NCBI GenBank assembly: GCA_030867685.1
Contig: JAQOWU010000003.1
Span: 558,001-622,000, forward strand
Source of the DNA: Wickerhamiella versatilis
Lineage: Eukaryota
Length of the DNA stretch: 64,000 bases
Reading direction: 5' to 3'
This document shows, one piece after another, positions 10,806-23,378 of this stretch (positions are counted from its first letter, which is position 1; each line of letters starts with the position of its first letter). The notes under the pieces were generated by a model that saw only the letters and a program-made list of their open reading frames with translations, did no database searches and was not told the DNA's origin. The position numbers and the translations under genes were made by a program.

Positions 10806-11735
10806 ATGTCTCTAGAACTGCAACGCCTTCTAGGACAGACTGGACTTGGCGGGCTCGGAGGTAATGAGTCCGTTGTAGACAATAGTGAGACTATACATAT
10901 CTCGAGCTTGGCACTGTTGAAGATGCTGAAGCATGGCAGGGCCGGTGTGCCTATGGAAGTAATGGGGCTCATGCTTGGTGAGTTCGTTGATGATTTCACG
11001 ATACATGTTGTTGACGTATTTGCGATGCCTCAAAGTGGTACAGGTGTAAGTGTCGAAGCGGTTGATGAGGTTTTTCAGACCCGCATGATGGAAATGCTTA
11101 AGCAGACCGGCCGCGACCAAATGGTCGTAGGATGGTATCACTCGCACCCAGGATTTGGCTGCTGGCTGTCAAGTGTTGATGTTTCCACTCAGCATGCGTT
11201 TGAGAGGCTTAATCCCCGTGCTGTGGCTGTCGTTGTAGACCCAATCCAGTCAGTTAAGGGTAAAGTGGTAATTGACGCCTTCCGGCTTATTTCCCAGAAT
11301 TTCTTGATAATAGGCCAAGAGCCTCGACAAACAACCTCAAATATCGGCTATCTCAACAAGCCCAGCATCCAGGCCCTTATCCATGGCCTCAATAGGCACT
11401 ACTATTCAATAAACATCGACTTCAAGAAGACTCTGGCTGAAGAGCAGATGTTATTGAATGTGCACAAGGACGACTGGGCATCGGGTCTCCAAATTTCCAA
11501 CTTTGGTGAGAAGGAGAAGAACAATGAGCAAGCGGTGGAACAACTAGTGAGGCTTGCTACTGCGTATACATCCCGAGTCGCTGAAGAGAAAGAATTAACT
11601 GAAGAACAGCTCAAAACGCGGTATGTTGGAAAGCAAGATCCAAAGAAGCACTTAGAGGAAACGGTTAATGACAGACTTGAGGAAAATATCGTATCCCTAT
11701 TGGCTACGTCGGTTGACCGTGTTAGTTTTCACTAG
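10806..11735 (+). CDS. RPN11: 26S proteasome lid deubiquitinase
   Basis: JAMM motif [17 protein letters not shown] and [13 protein letters not shown]; alternative ATG at 10764. Confidence 0.97.
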   Translation: MSLELQRLLGQTGLGGLGGNESVVDNSETIHISSLALLKMLKHGRAGVPMEVMGLMLGEFVDDFTIHVVDVFAMPQSGTGVSVEAVDEVFQTRMMEMLKQTGRDQMVVGWYHSHPGFGCWLSSVDVSTQHAFERLNPRAVAVVVDPIQSVKGKVVIDAFRLISQNFLIIGQEPRQTTSNIGYLNKPSIQALIHGLNRHYYSINIDFKKTLAEEQMLLNVHKDDWASGLQISNFGEKEKNNEQAVEQLVRLATAYTSRVAEEKELTEEQLKTRYVGKQDPKKHLEETVNDRLEENIVSLLATSVDRVSFH

Positions 11736-11854
11736 TACTATTATCTAGATAAATGGCAAGACGCCTGGTGCGCCTGTAACTGATTGATCCCAGCTTATTT
11801 GTTTAACCACATAGATATGCCTTGGCAGTCGTGAATTTGTCATCTCAAGTGGCG

Positions 11855-12250
11855 ATGAACTTCATTCCTCAGCGCGAGGCACCTGTGATGCCTCGCCCAC
11901 CGCAGGATGGTGCATCAGGACTAGAGAACGTGGTTCCTGCCTCTCAACAGCTCAATGATGCCCATCCTCTGGAAGCTAGAGTTACTGGTTGGCATGCAAC
12001 ACAAGATGCGTTTCATCTCGAACTTTTGCGTCAAACTCAGGGCTCTGCTGAGCCCATCCGTCGCGTCATGGAGCGCAAAATTGTAGATGAGACTACTTAT
12101 GTGCCCCAAGTTCTCGGTGGAAGTTCAAATGTACACCAGGAAATCCTACGTAACACAGATGCCTCATTAGATTGGGATGACGTTTATCCGGAACATCAAG
12201 GAAACGAACTCACATTCCACGCCGAGCTCGAGAAGAGAATGCGTATCTAA
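11855..12250 (+). CDS. UMP1: Proteasome maturation factor Ump1/POMP
   Basis: HPLEARV..W, G.AEPIRRVME, LDWDDVY, HAELEKRM. Confidence 0.88.
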   Translation: MNFIPQREAPVMPRPPQDGASGLENVVPASQQLNDAHPLEARVTGWHATQDAFHLELLRQTQGSAEPIRRVMERKIVDETTYVPQVLGGSSNVHQEILRNTDASLDWDDVYPEHQGNELTFHAELEKRMRI

Positions 12251-12294
12251 ATTCAGTCTAGATGACGAAGAGATATATTTCTGCATGCTGCTAT

Positions 12295-12303
12295 TTTGCC
12301 ACC
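12295..12303 (-). promoter_or_regulatory. PACE (Rpn4 site) GGTGGCAAA
   Basis: Exact match (TTTGCCACC on + strand) between UMP1 and the F-box gene. Confidence 0.45.
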
Positions 12304-12471
12304 TTGAAAATATCCTCGGTCAGGGATAAATCCAACCTATTACCTATAACCTATTACTGTACTATGTACTGTGTATTAAATTCTCTTGCTGGGTATAAAA
12401 AGTAAATTTCATTGTAGGCATCTAGCACATCTTCCTTGATAGGGGGACCCGCATCGCACTGGATCTTCATT

Positions 12472-13716
12472 ATGTCATTATTGGCCCTGGGGCACGATAT
12501 TCTAGCATTCTATGTTCTACCCAGGCTAAGTCCGAATGACTTGACTGCTTTGTGTGAGACATGTCATGCATTAAAAGATATCATTGATGGGTCTACGGTA
12601 TGGCACTCTCTCTACGTTCGTCAATTTGCGCATTCAGGTGCTGAGGTCATTCCAGGCGACTGGCCAGAGAAGTTTAAACTGAGAGAAAGATATCGCCTCT
12701 TTGCTTGGGGCCAATGTAACTTCTCGGCTTACGGACATCAGAGAAGAATTGATTACCCCAGTGAGACTCCAGGAATGGGTGAGCTTAGCGTACGACAGAT
12801 CTATGCAGGAAGCCATGGCATTGTCGTATTGTCCACAGACAATGACGCATATATGCTTGGGGATATTAACCCAAGATACGGCCTTGCTATTCGTCTCAGA
12901 GGTAGACCGGTGCCTATGCCGTTCCGCACCGCAGCAAATCAGCTGGCACGATTGTGGCCAGAAAATAAGCTAATTCATATCGCAGCAGGCCGCGATCGTA
13001 TTTTGGGCATCGATACCCAACGTATTGTATGGTGTTGGTCCGATACCAAGTTATCGTCCGGTCATAGGTACGACGACATCATAGGAGCACGCCAAGTGGC
13101 AGTTTCTTGGAACGTTTGTGCATGTATTTGTGATTGGGGCCTGGTTATTTGGTGGGGATCCCCAGACGACGAAAAAATAAAGGTAGAATGTGATGCAACT
13201 CAGGTCGCTGCAGGTGAGAATTTTGTGGTTTTCGTAACTCCACGTGGAGAACTTGCTGCAATTGATGCAACGAACAGTGAAACCATTTCGCAGGGCCCAA
13301 CTGTACTTGATGAAATCGGAAACGTGGTCAAAATAGATGCAGGCTACAATCGGTTTGGTGCTATTACTTCCGATGGTGAGGCAATTGTGGCCAGACGGAC
13401 TTCCGGTATTAATTTTGATATATTATCGAGAAGTCGGGGTGAATTTATTGATATAGCTCTCGGTGACCATCACAACCTTGCTCTATCAAAGGATGGCGCT
13501 GTCTACGCGTGGGGAACAGAATCACAAGGATGTGGATCTCTGGGTCTTGGCGGACGAGACTCATTGGCTGCAATTGGTGCAGGTTCACGTCCAATAAGGT
13601 TCGGTCGTGAGGATTATAATTTGCACGAACCACATCTTGTAACGAAAGGACCTGCTGTTGAGATATCTGCAGGCGGTTGGCAAAGCTATGCTCTTCTGCC
13701 TGAGAATCACGACTAA
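12472..13716 (+). CDS. F-box protein with RCC1-like repeats (Saf1-like)
   Basis: N-terminal F-box (LLALGHDILAFYVLPRLSPNDL) and RCC1 repeats (IALGDHHNLALSKDGAVYAWG, ISAGGWQS). Confidence 0.8.
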   Translation: MSLLALGHDILAFYVLPRLSPNDLTALCETCHALKDIIDGSTVWHSLYVRQFAHSGAEVIPGDWPEKFKLRERYRLFAWGQCNFSAYGHQRRIDYPSETPGMGELSVRQIYAGSHGIVVLSTDNDAYMLGDINPRYGLAIRLRGRPVPMPFRTAANQLARLWPENKLIHIAAGRDRILGIDTQRIVWCWSDTKLSSGHRYDDIIGARQVAVSWNVCACICDWGLVIWWGSPDDEKIKVECDATQVAAGENFVVFVTPRGELAAIDATNSETISQGPTVLDEIGNVVKIDAGYNRFGAITSDGEAIVARRTSGINFDILSRSRGEFIDIALGDHHNLALSKDGAVYAWGTESQGCGSLGLGGRDSLAAIGAGSRPIRFGREDYNLHEPHLVTKGPAVEISAGGWQSYALLPENHD

Positions 13717-13938
13717 TGACTGAAACAAATAGATTATGGTACTTTACATCTATGTCAGTGGTTTCAAATAGGTGTTAAGGCATACTTATGGTAAATTATA
13801 TTCTTTTTTTTAATAAAGTAAGTATTTTTATGGTTGAAACGCCCAATTTAGTATTGGTATTAATTTCCACCTTCATCTCTAGGGGGAAGACACTTAGTAT
13901 TAAAGATACTATGCTGCAGAATGTTTATTAGTAATATC

Positions 13939-14442
13939 ATGTCCTCCGAGACGGCGCCTAGAGATATCAAGCTACTGCATTTGATCCTGGCATCCATGGG
14001 TGTCGCATCCTATCAAGACCATGTCCCTCTCCAGCTTGTTGACTGTGCATATAGATATACTATCGGTGTTCTTCAGGACGCTTTAATATACTCGGATTAC
14101 GCTCATGCGAATGGCGCGGGACAGCCCGCGGGAATGGCAGCGACCAATGCGCCATTAACTGTAGACGATATGCGTCTCGCAGTGGCTGCACGGACAGCGT
14201 ATCAGTTCAAGCCCACAGCACCCAAGGAACTTCTGCTCGAGCTGGCCCAGGAGCGTAATAAACGGCCGTTGCCACCTGTTCCTCAAGGTTACGGCTTGAG
14301 GTTGCCGCCTGAAACATATTGTTTGACGGGAAGAGAGCGTGATATTGATGAAGAAGAGGATATTACTGCCACAGGATATGATCGCATGGATGTCGAAGCC
14401 GATGCCCCTTCCCAGGACCCGAAATCTAATGAGGAGGAGTAG
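13939..14442 (+). CDS. TAF9: TFIID/SAGA subunit Taf9
   Basis: PRDIKLLHLIL, VPLQLVDCAYRYT..VLQDA, RNKRPLP, GLRLPPE; alternative ATG at 13921. Confidence 0.93.
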   Translation: MSSETAPRDIKLLHLILASMGVASYQDHVPLQLVDCAYRYTIGVLQDALIYSDYAHANGAGQPAGMAATNAPLTVDDMRLAVAARTAYQFKPTAPKELLLELAQERNKRPLPPVPQGYGLRLPPETYCLTGRERDIDEEEDITATGYDRMDVEADAPSQDPKSNEEE

Positions 14443-14811
14443 AATCAAGCCAAGAAGTAAATATTGGTCCTTAACAGAAAGGAAATATGATTGTGACTGA
14501 TACTGCTACTTGCTTGATCTAAGATGAATGAAAACTATTTGCTAATAAGTGAATATTAGGAGAACAACATATTCTTCAAACGAGGTATAGTCATGTGGTT
14601 GAGGATGCAGACACGAACTGGAATTTTGTATATGTATTAAATCGATTGCCAAGAATTGGAAAAGCAGAATGAACTTTCTGTTATCCGGATGTACGATTAA
14701 GCACCATTTTAATCTGAAATTATTCAGGATTGCGGTACCATTACTAAGAATAGTTTTACGTTTACTCGTGTTTATCTGTAGTAATTATTATATAGTTATC
14801 GTTGGAAATAA

Positions 14812-15468
14812 ATGGAGACAGATTGGATATTTCAACCAACATCACCAGTAGATAACCTGCCAACTTTGCAACTACCTGCTCCCAATTGTAGCCAACATCA
14901 CTTCAATCTTCTATATGCTACACCTTCTTATACGACGCAACCAGCCAGTCCTCCTCTCAAGGCTCCAGAAAGTCCTCAGGTATTCATATGCCCCACAGTA
15001 TTGACTATTGGCAACCAGCAGCTCAGCTCAGACTGGCTTCAACACCCTCCTCGAAGGTCAAAATGTAAGTTGCAAGGCAGTTCTCGAAAACCAGAGGATT
15101 CTCACAAGGTTTTATTGCCAATCCAAAATACTCGGATACGGAAAGAACAAAATACTCAGGAATCAACTTCGCAAACAGAAGATAATCTGCAAAACTCATT
15201 TGATGCTTCATTGAAGGAGCAGTACACCTATTTCTCAGATAAGGTCAAGGAAGTTAAACAGGCAATGCGAGAAAATCCTGATAAAAGCTTTACCTGTTTG
15301 TCATGTTCTGGTATCATTGCAGATGGTAGAGCCTCATTCCTAAGGCATGTTATCAGGTTCCACTTGGGCTCATCGCCATTTAAATGTTGCTTTTGTGGTC
15401 AGAAGTTTTCTCGTGTGGACTCGCTGCAAAGGCATTTTAATCGCTGCATGTATGTTAAAGAGCAATAA
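14812..15468 (+). CDS. C2H2 zinc-finger protein (two C-terminal fingers)
   Basis: CLSC...HVIRFH and CCFCGQKFSRVDSLQRH...C after a Pro/Ser/Gln-rich N-terminus. Confidence 0.75.
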   Translation: METDWIFQPTSPVDNLPTLQLPAPNCSQHHFNLLYATPSYTTQPASPPLKAPESPQVFICPTVLTIGNQQLSSDWLQHPPRRSKCKLQGSSRKPEDSHKVLLPIQNTRIRKEQNTQESTSQTEDNLQNSFDASLKEQYTYFSDKVKEVKQAMRENPDKSFTCLSCSGIIADGRASFLRHVIRFHLGSSPFKCCFCGQKFSRVDSLQRHFNRCMYVKEQ

Positions 15469-15582
15469 TCACTCCAGTGAACCTTTATTTCTGGGGAAGT
15501 AGATACCACTATACATGCTAAAAAAGGTCAACATTGATTCCATAGCCTGATCTAAAGTAGTATAAATAAACCACGCGATGTT

Positions 15583-16575
15583 TTAAGCCGACATGAACCA
15601 ATCTTCGACTTTTTTCGGCTCAGGAAAACGTCCAATCAAAACCAATTTGGAGTTACCAGACTCAACAGGCACATCGATCATATCATAAGTCTCCCTGACC
15701 CCCTGAACGATCACCGTTCTATTATCTTCTATTATTTTCCCCTTCACTCGCAGCACCTCTGTACCTGGTATGGCATTATCCCATAATAACAACTGCAGCT
15801 TTTTCTCGGCATCACTTATCGGAATAAATAGTCGTAAACAGATCGTGGTCACATCACCGTGTCCATGTCCATGTCCATGAGGAATATGCGATATATCTGC
15901 ATCACTATAGGCATTGATATCAAGCAAAATAGATGGATCTACTTGACTGTATTCTGTGGTGATCAATTTCGCCGCTCCATTGAGCGATCTTATTTTATCC
16001 GTGACTTCCAACAACATGCTTTCATTTACCATATCACACTTGTTTACTATAATTATGTCGGCACATGCGCATTGTAGACCTGCAACTGAGTTCGGTTCAT
16101 TAAGTGAACGGAGAATATACTTTGCATCGACAACTGTGACAACCCCATCCAGACGAATTCCACTTTGCAAGGCATCATCGAGCCAGAACATATTGGCGAT
16201 TGGAGCGGGATCCGCTATACCAGATGTCTCAAGTATAACGTAGTCAAATCTGCCACTTCGAGTCATCAGCGACTCGATGGCCTCCACACCAGCATCTTTT
16301 GCCGTGCAACACATGCATCCATTAGGAAGTTCAAGCCACTCTTGTACCTCCTGATTCTCTTGCGTGACAGTTAAGGACTTCTCAATATCAGCAGAGTCAC
16401 CGAATTCGTTGAGAATGATGGCGATGCGCTTTCCTGTTTCATGTCTAGTGATATTCTTCAACAGCGTCGATTTGCCACTTCCAAGGTACCCGGTGACTAT
16501 AGTCACAGGCACTGCAGGCCCCTTCGGCGCTTTTACATCTTCAGATGTATCCACTAATAGAGGAACGTCATCCAT
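15583..16575 (-). CDS. ZNG1: COG0523/CobW zinc metallochaperone GTPase
   Basis: GYLGSGKST, NEFG, GCMCC, ETSG, NKCD, His-rich patch, CobW_C domain. Confidence 0.9.
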   Translation of the reverse strand: MDDVPLLVDTSEDVKAPKGPAVPVTIVTGYLGSGKSTLLKNITRHETGKRIAIILNEFGDSADIEKSLTVTQENQEVQEWLELPNGCMCCTAKDAGVEAIESLMTRSGRFDYVILETSGIADPAPIANMFWLDDALQSGIRLDGVVTVVDAKYILRSLNEPNSVAGLQCACADIIIVNKCDMVNESMLLEVTDKIRSLNGAAKLITTEYSQVDPSILLDINAYSDADISHIPHGHGHGHGDVTTICLRLFIPISDAEKKLQLLLWDNAIPGTEVLRVKGKIIEDNRTVIVQGVRETYDMIDVPVESGNSKLVLIGRFPEPKKVEDWFMSA

Positions 16576-16765
16576 AATTCTTACAGTTGCCCTAGCCCTG
16601 TATAATACTATATGTTTGAAAGATATCTAATGCCGTATAAATAGTACTACTTCTGTAGCTATGGCTCAAGGAAGCTTTTTTTCTCTGCAATAGATGATGA
16701 CAAGTAAGCAGTAGGTAGCTCACTAGGTACTTTTTTTTTGATAGTATCTCAAGTTGAGGTTGAGA

Positions 16766-17527
16766 CTATGCGCTCTCGTTTGAAACACCTCCACCTAGAA
16801 TTGTTGGTTGGGACTGCTCTTCTTCTACAGTAGCTTTTATAGTGTGGGTTATCTTTCGAGCATGTATCCGTTTATGTCTTGCAAGTGATGAGGAGTCGCT
16901 AAATGCTCTGCCGCATACCTGGCAGCTATACGGTTTTTCACCGGTATGGACGCGCATGTGAACTGTAAGAGCACTTCGCTGTACAAATTGTTTTGAGCAA
17001 ACTGAACAAACATTGGGTCGGATGCCCAGATGAATACGTATATGTCTCATCAAGTCACTTTTCCGTGTGAAGCGCCGACTACATCTTTGGCACCCGTACT
17101 TGTCACCCTGCGAATTGACTGAGACTTTGCGAAATTCAGTAAAACTGAGAACTGGGATTTTCTCTGTTTGACTTTGGTTCCGATTTTGCTGCTGGGTTTG
17201 GCCGACTGTCTGTGTCATGGAATTTGTGGTCCCGTTGACTGCACGAGGCATGAACAGATTTCCACAGAGTGTGTTTTGATATGTAGGTCCTTGTAAAGGA
17301 ATTTGGGGACACACAGGACCTACTGGTGCGACCATTGTGGAATTCGGCTTCAAAATTCCAGCAGGGTGACCGTATCCAGCAGGGACTGGTATGAATGGCA
17401 GCCATTGAAATGAAGGAAACGGTGGAGCATGAATGACTGGATTCGGATTTGCCATAGTCACACCTGGAGCATTGCTGTTCTGAGACCGTCGTGGTTCGAG
17501 ATCCTCGACGATCAAATGCAAATCCAT
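16766..17527 (-). CDS. Three-finger C2H2 transcription factor
   Basis: FTRKSDLMRH, FVQRSALTVH, HTGEKPY linker, FSDSSSLARH; first ATG at 17527; about 1.2 kb upstream intergenic region. Confidence 0.85.
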   Translation of the reverse strand: MDLHLIVEDLEPRRSQNSNAPGVTMANPNPVIHAPPFPSFQWLPFIPVPAGYGHPAGILKPNSTMVAPVGPVCPQIPLQGPTYQNTLCGNLFMPRAVNGTTNSMTQTVGQTQQQNRNQSQTEKIPVLSFTEFRKVSVNSQGDKYGCQRCSRRFTRKSDLMRHIRIHLGIRPNVCSVCSKQFVQRSALTVHMRVHTGEKPYSCQVCGRAFSDSSSLARHKRIHARKITHTIKATVEEEQSQPTILGGGVSNESA

Positions 17528-18756
17528 GTCCAAAAGCTGTTGACAGGTGCTAGCGGACCTATTCAATGCGTCACAATTCGTACTATGCACCAAAAATAAG
17601 TACCTGTATGGCCTGTTTAGGGATAGCAAGATAATTTCGGGTATGCATCAAATGATTTGTCTGGCATATGCGTATGCGTGCAGCACGCGTAAATAATACT
17701 TTATTTTTTCTTAGACAGATGGCATTATGACATTCCAACTAAACAAAATGACAATACAACAGTCCCACCCAACTTGCTAGCTATTGTACCATTGGCAATT
17801 AGAGGGGGAAAACAGGCCACAATAATATGCTCTAGGATTCAGATTAAACTAAGGCAACCACGATATGCAGGTTAGTAATGTGGTTTGCCAGCTTCAGCCT
17901 CAAGCAGCTTCCAGTAGTAACAAGATATTATCCATACAGAATGAAGATAAAGTCCTAGTATCCCCTATGTAGTCATATCAACATACAACGTCTATTTTCC
18001 ACTAAATGTCACCCCATACATGTTACTAATCATACAGGGGAAATAATCAGTTATATCTCGCGCTTTGACGATTTCAGCATTGACTCTGCATAACAATGTG
18101 GGTCCTCTTATATAGCTCACGAGTCTTGGTAGCTGTGCCTAGCCTTTTTAACATCTAATAGTATTTCTGCTTGTATACAGTATAGCGCGTTTTGTCTACT
18201 CGAATGCGCGTGCTAGCAATGTCGATCGTAGTCGGGTTTTGCGTTACTTCGCTATACGGTGGGCGCGTTAGACATGGGGGCGAGAATTTTCTAATTACAT
18301 GCTTTACTCTCTAAGCAAAAAGTTGAGGTAGATAAACTGGCGATCACTCATGCTTAAGGTGAACTCCACAATATTTAGCTCTCTGATTGGGCTGTCACAA
18401 GGTAAACACCTGCCCAGAGTAATGCAAAGGTCCATGTCAGTGGATAGGGTTATTCTTGTAGTCCTATGATGCATGTGCTAAGCATGCAGAATACACTGCA
18501 CCATAGAAGCTTTTCTGCAATATTTTTTGGGATGAACTTATCGCCTCCTAGTTAGCAAGAAGATGGCAAAAAGATACAGTTGCAACTTATAGGTTTTTTT
18601 TTCTTTCTTTCTCACTCGGCCATGTTCCTAAATTGGAAATCAAAAATAAAATAAAAATAAATAAAAAAGCTTTATAGGATGTTAGCAATCTCAACCAGTC
18701 TAGGGTGCTGAGTTCACCTTGTAAACTATGCCAGGTGGAAACGTCACGTGACATAC

Positions 18757-19392
18757 ATGCAACTTCGAATAACACCTCACATATCAGATGCTCTAGAAGC
18801 TTGCAGAGGAAGATCTCACGGCCATGATTCGGTCTCTCACAAGGAGCTTATAGAGCTTGCTAGAGAGCTTCCTGATCCCTGGACTCTGAGGGGTTTGCTA
18901 CGGGGCACATCAGTCTACAATACCCCCCCACCGCCGCCAGTACCGAAGAGTAAAGACTTCATTGAGTTGATGGAAAAGCTAAGAAATGATGAAGCTGAAA
19001 GAGAATACCAACAAATGCTCGGAAAACCGACGAGCCAGCAGCCTACAGTGGTGGATCCGCAAGAAATGAAAGACATGAAGGAACAGCTTACAACCGTCGT
19101 CAACATCATGATATCAATATTTTCCGTTGGATTTGCAGTCTGGTACTGGTCTTCATCCATATCGGACTCATATCGCGTACTCCTGGCTGTTTTTGGCTCC
19201 ATTGTAACGGCAATAGCAGAAGCAGTGGTCTACCTAGGCTATCGCCGACGTCTTAATGAAGCACGAGAGTCAGCACAGCATGAAAGTGTAAAACTACCAG
19301 ATGAAGTTGTATTAAACTCACCTGAGAAAGAATTACCGCGGCCATCGGATGAGAGCCCTGATAGGAAACTTCGCCATCGGAAAGTAAATTAA
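18757..19392 (+). CDS. VPH2: V-ATPase assembly factor Vma12/Vph2
   Basis: PPP..KS.DF...MEKLR...EREYQQM followed by two TM helices (KEQLTTVVNIMIS; AIAEAVVY). Confidence 0.85.
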   Translation: MQLRITPHISDALEACRGRSHGHDSVSHKELIELARELPDPWTLRGLLRGTSVYNTPPPPPVPKSKDFIELMEKLRNDEAEREYQQMLGKPTSQQPTVVDPQEMKDMKEQLTTVVNIMISIFSVGFAVWYWSSSISDSYRVLLAVFGSIVTAIAEAVVYLGYRRRLNEARESAQHESVKLPDEVVLNSPEKELPRPSDESPDRKLRHRKVN

Positions 19393-19512
19393 TTCGTTTG
19401 TAAAACCTTTGCAGTATGTACCCAAATTTTTGCATTTCTAAAGTAATATTCTAGAAAAAATACTCAATGAGGCACAAAATTCTAACTAGAACCTTAAATG
19501 CTACAAAATTCT

Positions 19513-21945
<2,433 letters not shown>

Positions 21946-22454
21946 TCAGTTGAGCGTTACTAAGGTGGGTAACATTGCCATGCTGATGGTGTGGCGAAAA
22001 TGTAAACGTGACGACTAGCCTATTTTTATGTGATTCAAAAGCTTTCGAAGTATATTTATTGACACATATTATGCCACTTCCCTGAAGTTGCGGATGACAG
22101 GTATAACACTTATTCTAGAAGATTTTGGAAGATCTTCGGAGAAAGCTTACTATGTACTGGTCAACCAACGGACTAGCAAATGATTAGGCCCAATGGTTGA
22201 TATTTGACCCTTATTTTGGTTAGTTTTTAAATTAATACATCAGCCATATGATATCATGCAACCACCGGCAAAACTCAGAGCAGATTCCTCGATTAGGATC
22301 ACCGTACTTATAATATTGGTATTGGAAATATGAAGAAACGAAAGGAATACTAAAATATCCTGGAGAACCATGCTGAACCACTGACAATACCCTAACCCTC
22401 ACAAGAACCAGCGTTCTGGCCGGCCTAATAATTTTGTAATCCGAGAATCCGTTA

Positions 22455-23198
22455 ATGTTTCGGCTGGCCCTGCGCAGGTCAGTGCTTGGGCTTGGGGCAA
22501 CTGGTACTGCCGCAGGTCTACTGTTAGCTTCTAAAGCGTATAATGAGCCTCGATATATTAAGGAGGAAGATGTCAAGCGTGATATCAACTACATCACCGA
22601 GGAAGAGGCTGGCCTTAAGGAACCTCAAGCATATAACCCAGAAACAGGTGAGATCAATTGGGATTGCCCGTGCCTCGGTGGTATGGCACATGGTCCCTGT
22701 GGTTCTGAGTTCAAGGAGGCATTTTCATGTTTCGTTTATTCAACAGCAGATCCCAAAGGTGTAGACTGTATTCCGAAGTTCAAGTTGATGCAGGATTGCT
22801 TCAGGCGCCATCCTGAGGACTACAGAGAGCAGCTTGAGCTGGATGAGGAAGAAGAGACAGCCGCTCAGCCTGCGGCGGCAGTTGAAGTTACGGAGACCGT
22901 AGAACCAATTCCCACGGATCAGAGTTCAGGTGCTCTCCCTGAAGTGAAAGATACGGTTGAAGTGGTCGTGCCTGAGCCTGAGCAAGCGCCCGTGCCTGAG
23001 CCTGAGCAAGCGCCTGTGAATGAGCCTGTATCGGGTGGCAAGGAACAAGCTGAAAAACTTGAGAGTAAGGTTCAAACAGTAAAGTCCGCTGTAGAAGACG
23101 CTTCCTCTGAGGTGGCAGATTCTCTACGTAAGGGAGAGGACGTTGCGACACAAGTCAAGTCTGATTTGATGAAATCATCGGGTGTCTCGAAAGATTAG
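22455..23198 (+). CDS. MIA40: Mitochondrial IMS oxidoreductase Mia40
   Basis: Presequence plus TM, GEINWDCPCLGGMAHGPC, twin CX9C. Confidence 0.95.
   Translation: MFRLALRRSVLGLGATGTAAGLLLASKAYNEPRYIKEEDVKRDINYITEEEAGLKEPQAYNPETGEINWDCPCLGGMAHGPCGSEFKEAFSCFVYSTADPKGVDCIPKFKLMQDCFRRHPEDYREQLELDEEEETAAQPAAAVEVTETVEPIPTDQSSGALPEVKDTVEVVVPEPEQAPVPEPEQAPVNEPVSGGKEQAEKLESKVQTVKSAVEDASSEVADSLRKGEDVATQVKSDLMKSSGVSKD
22968..23028 (+). repeat. 24-bp coding minisatellite, about 2.5 copies, in MIA40
   Basis: GTGCCTGAGCCTGAGCAAGCGCCY twice plus a partial copy; encodes VPEPEQAP. Confidence 0.9.
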
Positions 23199-23378
23199 AT
23201 GTATATATATTGGACAACTCCGGTAAGATCGTGTCAACCTGGTCTGTTTTAAGGTTAGAACTCTAGACGTTTGACAGAACTGAAAATCAATTAATTTTTT
23301 TATATTTTGTCGTTAATCTTCATAAGTTCAATATGTCTATCTGGTTTCGCTAACGCTTTTTGAGTCAGCGTGCGATGT

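Noticed and set aside
12336..12378. ACCTATT and TACTGT short repeats
   Set aside because: Low-complexity intergenic slippage; no spacer structure, so not CRISPR-like
22232..22390. Possible box C/D snoRNA or 118 aa ORF between CDC48 and MIA40
   Set aside because: CTGA boxes are present but there is no canonical box C and no convincing rRNA complement; the ORF is partly antisense to MIA40
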